Assembly: GCA_963747235.1 (NCBI GenBank)
Contig: CAVVEU010000040.1
Coordinates: forward strand, 32,001 to 96,000
Direction of reading: 5' to 3'
Source: an uncultured Candidatus Rokubacteria bacterium
GTDB taxonomy: Bacteria; Methylomirabilota; Methylomirabilia; Rokubacteriales; CSP1-6
DNA length: 64,000 nucleotides
This document shows positions 1 to 9,313 of this stretch, piece after piece. Under the pieces are notes generated by a model. That model searched no databases. It worked only from the letters and a program-made list of their open reading frames with translations, and was not told where the DNA came from. The translations under genes and the position numbers were made by a program. The stretch's first letter is position 1. Each line of letters starts with the position of its first letter.

Positions 1-13
1 GTTCCCTCGGTCT

Positions 14-49
14 CCCTCTCCCCTCCAGGGAGCGGGCCGGGGTGAAGGG
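14..49. repeat. Degenerate REP-like palindrome overlapping the 5' end of the NuoF-like CDS
   Basis: ccctctcccc-tcc-agggagcggg-ccggggtgaaggg resembles the copies at 1595-1631, 22563-22600 and 45963-45998. Confidence 0.75.
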
Positions 50-1532
50 CGAGCTCACCCTGGTCGTCGGCTCCGGCACCTGCGGCCTCTCGGTCGGCGC
101 GGCCGACACGCTGCGCGCCCTGCGCGACGAGATCGCGCGCCGCAATCTTGATGCGCGCGTCATCGCCGGCGGGTGCAATGGCATGTGCTGGGCCGCGCCG
201 GTCGTCACCGTGCTGCGCGGCGACGAGGCTCCACGCGTCGTCCCGCGTGTGACCGCGGACCAGGCCGCCGCGCTGCTGAACACCGTGAACGCCGGCGTGC
301 CACCCGAGCACGCCGACGTCACCGCGTTCCTGGCCGGCCAGCGGCGCGAGCTGATGAGCCGCTGCGGCATCACGGACCCCGGCGACATCGCCGACGCGAT
401 CCGGCTCGGCTCCTACGAGACGCTAAAGCGCGCGCTGGCCGAGGCGCAGCCCGAGCGCATCATCGAGACCATCAAGCGCGCGGGGCTGCGCGGCCGCGGC
501 GGCGCCTACTTCCAGGCCGCGCTCAAGTGGGAGGGCGCGCGCCGCGCAGCCGGCCCCATCAAGTACCTGATCGTCAACGGCGAGGAGGGCGAGCCCGGCA
601 TCTTCAAGGACCGCCACCTCCTGGAGGGCGATCCCCACCGGCTCCTCGAGGGCGCGCTGCTGGCGGCTTACGCGGCCGGCGTGTCGCGCGTGATCCTCTA
701 CATCCACGGCGAGGCGCATCTGGCCGCGCGTCACGTCGAGCGCGCGCTGGACCAGGCGCGCGCTTCAGGCTTCGTGGGCGAGCGCGTGCTCGGCAGCGAC
801 TTCTCGGTCACGGCCGAGATCCGGCGCGGCGCGGGCGGGTTCGTACTGGGCGAGGAGACGGCCCTGATGGAGTCGCTCGAGGGCCGCCGCGCGATGCCGC
901 GGCCGAAACCGCCGTTCCCGACTGAGTCGGGCGTCCACGGCCGGCCGACGGTCATCAACAATGTCGAGACGCTGTTCACGGTCCCGCTGATCCTCGGCCG
1001 CGGCGCCGAGTGGTGGACCGGGCTCGGCCGCGGCCATGGGACCAAGGTGTTCGGCCTCTCCGGCCACGTGGCGCGCCCCGGCGTGATCGAGGCGGAGCTC
1101 GGCCTGACGCTGCGCGATCTCCTGGACCGCATGGGTGGCGGCGCGCCGGATGGCCGGCCCGTGACCGCGGTGGCCCTCGGCGGGCCCTCGGGGATCCTCG
1201 TCCCGCCGCGCCGCTTCGATGAGCCGCTGGTGCCCGGCGGCAACCCGAATCCGGGCACCGGCGGCGTCGCAGCGCTGCACGCGGGGGTCCCGGTGGCCGA
1301 GGCGGTGCGCGTGCTGCTCGACTTCAACACACGCGAGTCCTGCGGCAAGTGCACGCCGTGCCGCGAGGGCACCGCGCGGCTGCGCGACATGCTCGATGGC
1401 CGCGCGCCGGTGAGCCAGCAGGCGGTCGCCGAGCTGGCCGACGTGGTGCGGGTGGCCTCGCTCTGCGGCCTTGGTCAGGCCGCGCCGCTCTCGATCCTGT
1501 CCGCGCTCGGCGAGTTCCCGGGCGAGGTCTAG
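42..1532 (+). CDS. NuoF-family NADH/FMN-binding subunit (NAD-dependent formate dehydrogenase beta type) with N-terminal thioredoxin-like 2Fe-2S domain; frame is open to the window edge so the true start may lie upstream
   Basis: GLRGRGGAYF, VNGEEGEPGIFKDR, GGFVLGEETALMESLEG, INNVETL, ESCGKCTPCREG...LCGLG motifs; N-terminal C...GCNGMC. Confidence 0.92.
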   Translation: MKGELTLVVGSGTCGLSVGAADTLRALRDEIARRNLDARVIAGGCNGMCWAAPVVTVLRGDEAPRVVPRVTADQAAALLNTVNAGVPPEHADVTAFLAGQRRELMSRCGITDPGDIADAIRLGSYETLKRALAEAQPERIIETIKRAGLRGRGGAYFQAALKWEGARRAAGPIKYLIVNGEEGEPGIFKDRHLLEGDPHRLLEGALLAAYAAGVSRVILYIHGEAHLAARHVERALDQARASGFVGERVLGSDFSVTAEIRRGAGGFVLGEETALMESLEGRRAMPRPKPPFPTESGVHGRPTVINNVETLFTVPLILGRGAEWWTGLGRGHGTKVFGLSGHVARPGVIEAELGLTLRDLLDRMGGGAPDGRPVTAVALGGPSGILVPPRRFDEPLVPGGNPNPGTGGVAALHAGVPVAEAVRVLLDFNTRESCGKCTPCREGTARLRDMLDGRAPVSQQAVAELADVVRVASLCGLGQAAPLSILSALGEFPGEV

Positions 1533-1548
1533 GCCGCTCACCCTTAGG

Positions 1549-1631
1549 CCCCTCACCCTGCCCTCTCCCCAGAGGGGAGAGGGTCTTCCGGGAACCCTCG
1601 CCCCCGGAGGGGGAGAGGGCAGGGTGAGGGG
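1549..1631. repeat. Inverted REP doublet (BIME-like) between convergent genes; probable terminator or mRNA-stabilising structure
   Basis: cccctcaccctgccctctcccc ... ggggagagggcagggtgagggg arms are perfect reverse complements; each half also has an internal hairpin. Confidence 0.9.
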
Positions 1632-1635
1632 GCGC

Positions 1636-2787
1636 CTACGGCAGCGCGCGGGCGGGCTGGCCGATGTAGTCCGCGCGCGGCCGGATCAGCCGGTTGTCGG
1701 CGTACTGCTCCATGATGTGCCCGCACCAGCCCGCCACCCGCCCCACCGCGAAGATGGACGTGCAGAAGTCGGGCGGGATGCCGAGCGCGTCGTAGACCAC
1801 CGCGGAGAAGAAGTCCACGTTCACCGGCAGGCTGGTCCGCGCCTTCATCGCGTCGTAGAGCCGCTCCGCGACCTCGAAGAGCTTACCGCGCCCGGTGGCC
1901 TCCGCCATGGACTTGGCCATGCCGCGCAGCACCCGCGCCCGCGCGTCGTCCACCTTGTAGACGCGGTGGCCGAAGCCCGGCATGCGCGACTTGGGATTCG
2001 CGCGATCTCGCTTGGAGAGCCCGGCGCGAGCGCCGATCCGCGCTTCCACGAAGGCCTCGGCCCGCGGCGGCTCGGCGATCTCGAGCAGCATGGCCAGCAC
2101 GTCCTCGTTGGCGCCGCCGTGGCGCGGCCCCTTCAGCGTCGAGATGGCCGCGACCACCGCGGAGTGCATGTCCGCCACCGTGGCCACCGCCACGCGCGCC
2201 GCGAACGTCGAGGCGTTGAGCTCGTGGTCGGCGTGCAGCGTGAGGATCACGTCCAGGATGCGCGCGACCTCCGCGGACGGCTCCTTGCCGTCGAGCATGT
2301 AGAGGAAGTTCGCGGCGTGGGAGCCGTCGGGCCGCGCGGCCACCGGCTCGCGGCCGGTGCGGATGCGCTGCCAGGCCGCCACCGTGGCCGGCACCAGGTT
2401 CATCAGCCGGTAGGCCTTGCGCAGGTTGGCGGCGGGCTCGTCGGAGCGCACGTCCGGATCGGAGGCCGCGGCCAGCGACACCGCGGTGCGCAGCGCGTCC
2501 AGCGGGTGGCACTCCCGCGGGAGGCGGCGCAGCAGGTCGAGCACGGGCGGCGGCAGCGGCCGCGTCTCCGCGAGCCGCGCCGCGAACTCCGCGCGCTCGG
2601 CCGCCGACGGCAGCTCGCCGACCCAGAGCAGCCGTGTGGTGTCCTCGAAGCTGGCCGCCCCGACGAGGTCCGCGATCTCGTAGCCACGGTAGTAGAGGCG
2701 CCCGGCCTCCCCGTCCACCCGGCAGATCGCCGACCGCGCCGCGATGATGTCCTCGAGCCCGTCCTTGTACGCCGCCGTCGTCGTCAT
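1636..2787 (-). CDS. gltA: Citrate/2-methylcitrate synthase
   Basis: LYYRGY, LHADHELNASTF, GPRHGGANE, MPGFGHRVYK, VNVDFFS, RLIRPR motifs; GGAGG RBS. Confidence 0.93.
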   Translation of the reverse strand: MTTTAAYKDGLEDIIAARSAICRVDGEAGRLYYRGYEIADLVGAASFEDTTRLLWVGELPSAAERAEFAARLAETRPLPPPVLDLLRRLPRECHPLDALRTAVSLAAASDPDVRSDEPAANLRKAYRLMNLVPATVAAWQRIRTGREPVAARPDGSHAANFLYMLDGKEPSAEVARILDVILTLHADHELNASTFAARVAVATVADMHSAVVAAISTLKGPRHGGANEDVLAMLLEIAEPPRAEAFVEARIGARAGLSKRDRANPKSRMPGFGHRVYKVDDARARVLRGMAKSMAEATGRGKLFEVAERLYDAMKARTSLPVNVDFFSAVVYDALGIPPDFCTSIFAVGRVAGWCGHIMEQYADNRLIRPRADYIGQPARALP

Positions 2788-2805
2788 GGCCTTTGTCCTC
2801 CCTGG

Positions 2806-2831
2806 TTGATTATAGTTGATTTAGATTGATT
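2806..2831. promoter_or_regulatory. Three phased TTGATT direct repeats (10-bp period) overlapping the TATAAT -10 box of citrate synthase
   Basis: TTGATT at 2806, 2816 and 2826; minus-strand TATAAT at 2809-2814; AT-rich island in GC-rich DNA. Confidence 0.75.
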
Positions 2832-2883
2832 AGACCAGACAGAGCCTGACAATGCCGGGCCGGGGGGCGGGGGGACTGCTAGC

Positions 2884-3162
2884 ATGGGGGCCATGGTGGT
2901 GATCGACGGGGACGAGTACCTGACGGGGGACGAGGCGGCGGGCCTGCTCGGGGTGAAGCGCGAGACGCTCTACGCCTACGTGAGCCGCGGGATGCTGAAG
3001 AGCTACCGCCAGGGCATCAAGCGCCAGCGCCTCTACCGGCGCGCCGAGATCGAGGCCCTGGTCCGCCTGGCCCCCTCGATCGCGGTGGATCCGCCCGCTC
3101 CCGAGGGACGCGGCGCCCAGCCGGTCGAAGTGCCGCTCGCCGAGTCCTGGATCAGGGACTAA
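2884..3162 (+). CDS. Excisionase/BldC-like (HTH_17) DNA-binding protein; likely start at ATG 2893
   Basis: YLTGDEAAGLLGVKRETLYAYVSRG...RLYRRAEIEAL; this HTH type is commonly fused or adjacent to citrate synthases. Confidence 0.88.
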   Translation: MGAMVVIDGDEYLTGDEAAGLLGVKRETLYAYVSRGMLKSYRQGIKRQRLYRRAEIEALVRLAPSIAVDPPAPEGRGAQPVEVPLAESWIRD

Positions 3163-3176
3163 CCAGCGATTCCAGA

Positions 3177-3695
3177 GTGTTCGCCGGCTCGCCGCCGATC
3201 ACGATTCGCGACGCCGACGAGCGTGATCTGCCGGCCATCGTGGCGATCTTCAACGTCGAGATCGCGGAATCGGCCTATGTCTACGTCGAGGCGCCGCTCA
3301 CACTCGACGACCGCCGCCCGTGGCTTCAGATGCACCGGTCGGCCGCCTTGCCCGTGGTGGTCGCCACCGACCCGGGCGACGCGACCGAGGTCCTTGGCTG
3401 GGCGGCGCTCTCTCCATACCGGCCGGCGACCGGCTACCGGTTCACGCTGGAAGCGAGCGTGTATGTCGCTCGCGCGTCGCACGGTCGCGGCATCGGGCGC
3501 CGACTGCTGGGGGCCCTCGACGGAGCGGCGCAGGCGCGCGGAGCGCACGCGATCGTCGCGAGCATCGACAGCGAGAACGCGCCGAGCATCGCGCTGTTCG
3601 AGCGGTTCGGCTACGCCGAGGCCGCGCGGCTGACGGAGGTCGGCCGGAAGTTCGACCGGTGGCGGACCCAGCTGTTGCTGCTCAAGGTGTTCTGA
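3177..3695 (+). CDS. GNAT N-acetyltransferase, phosphinothricin/L-amino-acid acetyltransferase family
   Basis: GWAALSPYRPATGYRFTLEASVYV, HGRGIG, NAPSIALFERFGY, VGRKFDRW. Confidence 0.9.
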   Translation: MFAGSPPITIRDADERDLPAIVAIFNVEIAESAYVYVEAPLTLDDRRPWLQMHRSAALPVVVATDPGDATEVLGWAALSPYRPATGYRFTLEASVYVARASHGRGIGRRLLGALDGAAQARGAHAIVASIDSENAPSIALFERFGYAEAARLTEVGRKFDRWRTQLLLLKVF

Positions 3696-3714
3696 CCCCG
3701 GCCGGGCCAGAACC

Positions 3715-3915
3715 TCAGGCCTGGAAGGCGGCCAGGGCCTCCTGGAGCCGCTCGGCCTCCGGGTCCTCCGCGTAGACCGAGCGGGCGAAGCGCGCCCCGC
3801 ACGGGCAGATGACGGCCAGACGAAATCCCCGATCGATCGGCTTGGTGGCGCCGCGCAGCACACCACACTCTCGATGCGTCAGGACGAAGCCTCGCAGCTC
3901 GGCGTAGACACCCAT
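3715..3915 (-). CDS. Small hypothetical protein (66 aa) with HxxC...CxC putative metal site
   Basis: MGVYAELRGFVLTHRECG...ICPCGARF; tail of the shadow ORF 3715..6453; TACTCT -10-like box 10 nt upstream of the ATG. Confidence 0.65.
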   Translation of the reverse strand: MGVYAELRGFVLTHRECGVLRGATKPIDRGFRLAVICPCGARFARSVYAEDPEAERLQEALAAFQA

Positions 3916-3990
3916 GGTGGTCGGTAGAGTAACAAACCCGGAGGGTCGCGGCACGGGGCGGCGTGTAGAATAGGCTCCCGATCGGGACTG

Positions 3991-6690
3991 ATGGGGTCTC
4001 CGATGAACGCCACCACCGTACACGTCACCGTCGACGAATCCGCGGTCGAGGTACCCGAGGGCGCCACCGTCCTGGATGCCGTGAATCGCCTCGGCGTCGC
4101 GCTGCCCCAGCTCTGCAAGGACCCGGACCGCGCGCCGCTCGGCGCCTGCCGTACCTGTCTCGTCCACGTCGAGGGCCAGCGCGGGGTGCCGGCGGCCTGT
4201 CACCTGCCCGCGCGCGACGGGATGGTCGTCAGCACGGTCCACCCCGAGGCGGTGCGCGTGCGCCGAGCGGTGCTCGATCTCACGCTCTCGATGCTCACGC
4301 CGTCCACGGCCCGCGACGGCTTCGGACAGCTCGGCGCCGCCGCGGCCCGCCACGATCTGCCCCGCGCCCGCCACGCCGCCCACCACCGGTTCGAGACCGA
4401 CGCGTCCAAGTCCTTCTTCGTGCTCGACCGCGAGGCGTGCATCCTGTGCGGCCGCTGCACGGTGGCCTGCGGCGACGTCCAGCTCATCGGCGCCATCTCG
4501 CTGGCCGGCCGCGGCCACGATGCGCGCGTCGGCGTCTTCGGCGACGGCGCCATGGCGTCCTCGGTCTGCACCTCGTGCGGCCAGTGCGTCGCCACCTGCC
4601 CCACCGGAGCGCTGCGACCCAAGGAGACCCCCTCGCCCATCGTCCGAGAAGTCGAGACCACGTGCCCCTACTGCGGCGTGGGCTGCGGCATCACGCTCCG
4701 GGTGCGCGGCGACGGGCGGCTCTCGGTCATGGCCGACGACGTGCCCGCCAACGGCTCGAGCCGCGGCACGCTCTGCGTGAAGGGCCGCTTCGCCACCGGC
4801 TTCGTCCACTCCAAGGACCGCATCACCACGCCGCTCATCAAGCGGGACGGCCGCTGGCACGAGGCGAGCTGGGACGAGGCGCTCGACGCCGCCGCCGACG
4901 GGCTGGCCCGCAACCGCGGCCACTTCGGCGCGCTCGCCTCCGCCAAGGCCACCAACGAGGACGGCTACGTCATCCAGAAGCTCACCCGCGTGGTGATGGG
5001 CACCAACAACGTGGACCACTGCACGCGGCTCTGCCACTCGCCCTCGGTGGAGGCCATGCTGATCTCGATGGGCTCGGGCGCCACCTCGAACTCCTACCAG
5101 GACTACGAGGAGGCGGGCTGCCTCATGGTGGTGGGCGCGGACGCCTCCGCCAACCACCCGGTCATCGCGATCCGCTTCCGCCGCGCGGTGGCGCGCGGGG
5201 CGCGCCTCATCGTGGTGAACCCCAAGCGCGTGGACCTCTGCGACCAGGCCGATCTCTGGATCCGCCAGAAGCCGGGCACCGACGTGGCCCTCTTCAACGC
5301 GATGGCGCGCGTGATCCTGGACGAGGGCCTCGCCGATCTCGACTTCATCCGCTCGCGCACCGAGGGCTTCGACGCGTGGGTCCAGGCGCTCGAGCCCTAC
5401 ACGCTCGAGCACGCCGAGGCGATCACCGGCGTGGCGCGCGCCGACATCGCGCAGGCCGCCCGCTGGTACGCGCGGCCGCCGTTCGCGGGCTCGTGCCTGA
5501 TCTGGGGCATGGGCATCACCCAGCACATCAACGGCACCGCCAACGCCCACGCGGTGCTCAACCTCTCGCTGGCCGCCGGCCAGATGGGCTTCCCGGGCTC
5601 CGGGATCTCCCCGCTCCGCGGCCAGAACAACGTGCAGGGCGCCGGCGACGCGGGGTGCATCCCGACCAACCTGCCCGGCTACGCGGGCTACGGCGCGGGC
5701 GACCTCGACCGCTTCGAGCGGGCCTGGGGCGTCCGGCCGCCGGACGAGCAGGGCCTGGTCGTGACCGAGATGGTGGAGGGCTGCCTCGACGGGCGCGTGC
5801 GGGCCATGTACGTGGTCGGCGAGAACCCGCTGCTCTCCGAGCCCGATCTCCACCACGCCGAGAAGGCCATCGAGCAGCTCGACTTCCTCGTGGTGCAGGA
5901 CCTCTTCATGCACGAGACCGCCGAGCGCGCCCACGTGTTCCTGCCCGCCGCGGCCTTCGCCGAGAAGGACGGGACCTTCACCAACTCCGAGCGGCGCGTG
6001 CAGCGCATCCGGAAGGCCATCGACCCGCCGGGCCAGGCGCGGGCCGACTGGTGGATCGCCTGCGAGCTGGCCAAGCGCACCGCGCGGCGCCTCGGGACCA
6101 CCGTGACCGGCTTCGACTACCAGCACCCGTCCGAGATCTTCGACGAGATGGCGAGCCTCTGGCCGAGCGTGCGCGGCATGACCTACGCGCGGCTCGAAGG
6201 CGGCGGGCTGCAGTGGCCCTGCCCGAGCGCCGAGCACCCCGGCACCCGCTACCTCTACGGCGAGTCGTTCCCCCGCGGCAAGGGACGCTTCGTGCCGGTG
6301 GCCCAGACCGCCACCGCCGCGGAGCTGCCGGATCCGGACTACCCCTTCCTGCTCAATACCGGCCGGCTGCTCTACCACTGGCACGGCGGCACCATGACCC
6401 GCCGGGTCCAGGGCCTGCTCGAGCTGGCCCCGCGGCTCGAGGTCGCCCTGCACCCGAGCGACGCGCAGCGCCTGGGCGTGGGCGACGGGGCGCCCCTGCG
6501 CGTGGTCTCCCGGCGGGGCGAGCTGACCGCCTACGCGCGCCTGACGGAGGCGGTGCGGCCGGGCGCGGTGTTCGTCCCCTTCGTGAAGCTCGCCGACTCG
6601 GCGGCCAACTTTCTCACCAACGCGGCCTTCGACCCCTCCGCCAAGATCCCGGAATACAAGGTCTGCGCGGTCCGCATCGAGCGGATCTGA
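3991..6690 (+). CDS. fdhF: Formate dehydrogenase alpha subunit (Mo/W-bisPGD, Cys form); start 3991 or 4003
   Basis: N-terminal 2Fe-2S, CILCGRC and CTSCGQC ferredoxins, TCPYCGVGC, CVKGRF, NVDHCTRLCHSPS, LRGQNNVQG, FTNSERRVQ, IPEYKVCAV. Confidence 0.95.
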   Translation: MGSPMNATTVHVTVDESAVEVPEGATVLDAVNRLGVALPQLCKDPDRAPLGACRTCLVHVEGQRGVPAACHLPARDGMVVSTVHPEAVRVRRAVLDLTLSMLTPSTARDGFGQLGAAAARHDLPRARHAAHHRFETDASKSFFVLDREACILCGRCTVACGDVQLIGAISLAGRGHDARVGVFGDGAMASSVCTSCGQCVATCPTGALRPKETPSPIVREVETTCPYCGVGCGITLRVRGDGRLSVMADDVPANGSSRGTLCVKGRFATGFVHSKDRITTPLIKRDGRWHEASWDEALDAAADGLARNRGHFGALASAKATNEDGYVIQKLTRVVMGTNNVDHCTRLCHSPSVEAMLISMGSGATSNSYQDYEEAGCLMVVGADASANHPVIAIRFRRAVARGARLIVVNPKRVDLCDQADLWIRQKPGTDVALFNAMARVILDEGLADLDFIRSRTEGFDAWVQALEPYTLEHAEAITGVARADIAQAARWYARPPFAGSCLIWGMGITQHINGTANAHAVLNLSLAAGQMGFPGSGISPLRGQNNVQGAGDAGCIPTNLPGYAGYGAGDLDRFERAWGVRPPDEQGLVVTEMVEGCLDGRVRAMYVVGENPLLSEPDLHHAEKAIEQLDFLVVQDLFMHETAERAHVFLPAAAFAEKDGTFTNSERRVQRIRKAIDPPGQARADWWIACELAKRTARRLGTTVTGFDYQHPSEIFDEMASLWPSVRGMTYARLEGGGLQWPCPSAEHPGTRYLYGESFPRGKGRFVPVAQTATAAELPDPDYPFLLNTGRLLYHWHGGTMTRRVQGLLELAPRLEVALHPSDAQRLGVGDGAPLRVVSRRGELTAYARLTEAVRPGAVFVPFVKLADSAANFLTNAAFDPSAKIPEYKVCAVRIERI

Positions 6691-6711
6691 TACACTCCCG
6701 CTCCCAACCTC

Positions 6712-7569
6712 TCAGGCGGGCGCGGTGGCTTCGCTCAGGAACGCATCCAGCACCGTGGCGAAAGGCAGTGGCGCATCGAGCACCAGATGATGATACGTGC
6801 CGGCAATCTCCACCAGGCGGGCCCGAGGCAGGCGCGCGAGCATGTCCGCCGCCATCTCGCGGGGCAGGATCGGCGAGTGCTCGCCGCGCACGAGCAGGGT
6901 GGGCGCGGTGATGCGCTCGAGCAGGCTCCAGCCGTCGGTGGGTCGGCGCCGGCCATTGGACGCCGGGTCGAAGCGGTAGAGGAAGCGGCCGTCTCGCTCG
7001 GCGATGCCCTGGCGGGCCAGGTGCTCCAGCAGGCGCGGATCGGCCACCGTCTCGCGCGGCAGCAGGCGGAAGCTCTTGAGCGCGGAGTCGAGCGTCTCGT
7101 GACGCATGGGCCCGCGATCGCCCCGCCGGTGCATGGTCTGCAGCCGCTCGGCCGGGATCGAGGGCCGGCTGTCCACCACGACCAGCCGCTCGGTCCGATC
7201 CGGATGCCAGGCCGCGAAGCCGATGGCGTTGTGGCCGCCCATCGAGTGGCCGATCACGGTCATCCGCACCCAGCCCATGGCGTCGGCCACGCCGACCAGA
7301 TCGCCCACGAAGTCCTCGGTGGCGTAGGCGGGCTCGGGCGCCCACTCGCTGGCGCCGTGGCCCCGCTGGTCGAGCGAGAGCACGTGGAAGCGGCCGGCGA
7401 AGGTGGCCACGACGCCATCGAACCAGTGGGCGTGCGCCGAGCCCCCGTGCAGGAAGCAGAGGGCCGGACGGCCGGGCTCGCCCCATTCCAGGGCGTTCAG
7501 GGTCAGCCCGCCGACCTTGAGGGCTCGGGTCCGGGCGGTCTCGCAGGCGAAATGGGTGGGGTCGGTCAT
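6712..7569 (-). CDS. Alpha/beta-fold hydrolase
   Basis: LHGGSAHAHW, DQRGHGAS, GHSMGG nucleophile elbow; start chosen from TACAAT 7 nt upstream. Confidence 0.9.
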   Translation of the reverse strand: MTDPTHFACETARTRALKVGGLTLNALEWGEPGRPALCFLHGGSAHAHWFDGVVATFAGRFHVLSLDQRGHGASEWAPEPAYATEDFVGDLVGVADAMGWVRMTVIGHSMGGHNAIGFAAWHPDRTERLVVVDSRPSIPAERLQTMHRRGDRGPMRHETLDSALKSFRLLPRETVADPRLLEHLARQGIAERDGRFLYRFDPASNGRRRPTDGWSLLERITAPTLLVRGEHSPILPREMAADMLARLPRARLVEIAGTYHHLVLDAPLPFATVLDAFLSEATAPA

Positions 7570-7682
7570 GCGCCGCATTGTACCGAGGCCCTCGCGATTG
7601 TGACCATTCCGCGTTGTCACCTGGCGGACTTTGTCAGCAGGTGGACGCCGGCCGGTCCGGGCCTAGATCGGGGGGACCACGT

Positions 7683-7725
7683 TTTCAGTCACTTGCCGGG
7701 ACGGGGGAATGGCAAGCGGGTTGCT
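7683..7725 (+). promoter_or_regulatory. Sigma54 (-24/-12) promoter with upstream IHF-like site
   Basis: TGGCAAGCGGGTTGCT at 7710-7725 has the exact GG-N10-GC spacing; TTTCAGTCACTTG at 7683-7695 resembles WATCARNNNNTTR. Confidence 0.7.
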
Positions 7726-7797
7726 CATAACTCGCGTGCACATTCGCAATTCGCTTGGTCGCACGAACCCCTTACCCGAATAATCTGAGACCGAACA

Positions 7798-9311
7798 ATG
7801 GACCATAACGCCTCTCCCCGCTCGCTCTCCTGGACCTCGCTCGTCGTCCTGACCGTGCTGGCGGCCTTCGTCGAGGCCATGATCCTGTTCCCCTCGACGC
7901 TCTTCCCGACGACGCGCTTCGCGGCCGCGCTCTCGTGGGACGCAAGCCAGCACGACTTCCCGTCGCCGGAACGGCCGGCCACCGAGACGCCGACGACGCT
8001 GGACGCCAGCCCATCCGAGACCGTGGCACCGGCAACGGCGCCGACGCAGACTCCGGCGCCGGCGGCCCGTCGCGGCGATCCAGCGCCCGATCACCGGCCG
8101 CGTGCTCGATGCCGCCACGGGCGCTCCGCTGCGCGGAACCTCCATCTGGTCGGGCCCGACGGAGATCGTCACGCAATGCCGACGGTCGCTTCACCACCGG
8201 GCCGGTCGATCCGGGCGCCACGGTCTGGGTGAAGGCGCCGGGCTACGCGCGCAAAAAGCTCATCGGCGGCGAAGCCATGGACGTCACCATCAAGCTCGCG
8301 CCGCATCCGATCCGCGCCGCGTACCTCACGTACTACGGCGTGGCCGACCGCGGGATCCGCCAGCGCGTGCTCGATCTCGTGGAGCGTACCGAGCTCAACG
8401 CGGTGGTCATCGACGTCAAGGGCGATCGCGGCCTGATTCCCTATCGCACCTCGGTCCAGGCCGCGATCGACGCGGGCGCGCAGGGACCGGTCATCATCAA
8501 GGACTTCGACGAACAGCTCGCGGCCTGGAAGGCGCAGGGCATCTACACCATCGCCCGGATCGTGGCCTTCAAGGACAACCTGCGCGCCACGACCCGGCCC
8601 GACCTGGCCGTCATCGACACCCGCACCGGCAAGCCGTGGATCGACCGCGAGAACCTGGCGTGGGTGGATCCGTTCCGCGAGGAGAACTGGGACTACATCA
8701 TCGCGGTGGCGAAGGAAGCGGCGCTCAAGGGCTTCGACGAGATCCAGTTCGACTACGTGCGCTTCCCCACCGACGGCAAGCTGGCCGCCGCGCGCTATTC
8801 CCAGCCCAACTCCGCGGCCACCCGGCTGCCCGCCATCGCGGCCTTCCTGGCCAAGGCTCGGCGCGAGCTCGGACCGACCGGCGTGTTCCTGGGCGCGGAC
8901 ATCTTCGGCTACACCGCCTTCAACGCGAACGACACCGACATCGGGCAGCGCATCGAGGAGCTCTCGGTGAGCCTCGACTACATCTGCCCGATGGTGTACC
9001 CGTCGGGCTATCACCTGGGCATCCCGGGCGTCCGGAACCCGGTGCTGAACCCCTACGAGATCGTCAAGGAGAGCGTCCGGCTGACCCGCCAGCGCTCCCA
9101 GAATCCGGGCGCGCAGGTGCGGCCGTGGCTGCAGGACTTCAAGGACTACGCGTTCGACAAGCGGATCTTCGGCCCCGGCGAGGTGCGCGCGCAGATCCGT
9201 GGCAGCGACGACGGCGGCGGCTCCGGCTGGATGTTGTGGAACCCGAAGAACGACTACACGGGCGCCGCGCTCCGTCCCAAGACCTCCGCCATCTCCAAGT
9301 CGTCCCAGTAG
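7798..9311 (+). CDS. Membrane-anchored putative glycoside hydrolase (DUF4015-like); indels near 8070-8180
   Basis: N-terminal TM in ORF 7798; TELNAVVIDVKGDRG, IARIVAFKD, WVDPF, GFDEIQFDYVRFP, PMVYPS, RPWLQDF, GWMLWNP. Confidence 0.85.
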
Positions 9312-9313
9312 CC

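Noticed and set aside
2884-3162. Excisionase indicating a prophage or integrative element
   Set aside because: No integrase, att site or phage genes; context fits a citrate-synthase-associated regulator.
5020-5040. Possible selenocysteine in formate dehydrogenase
   Set aside because: The active-site codon is TGC (CTRLCHS); there is no in-frame TGA.
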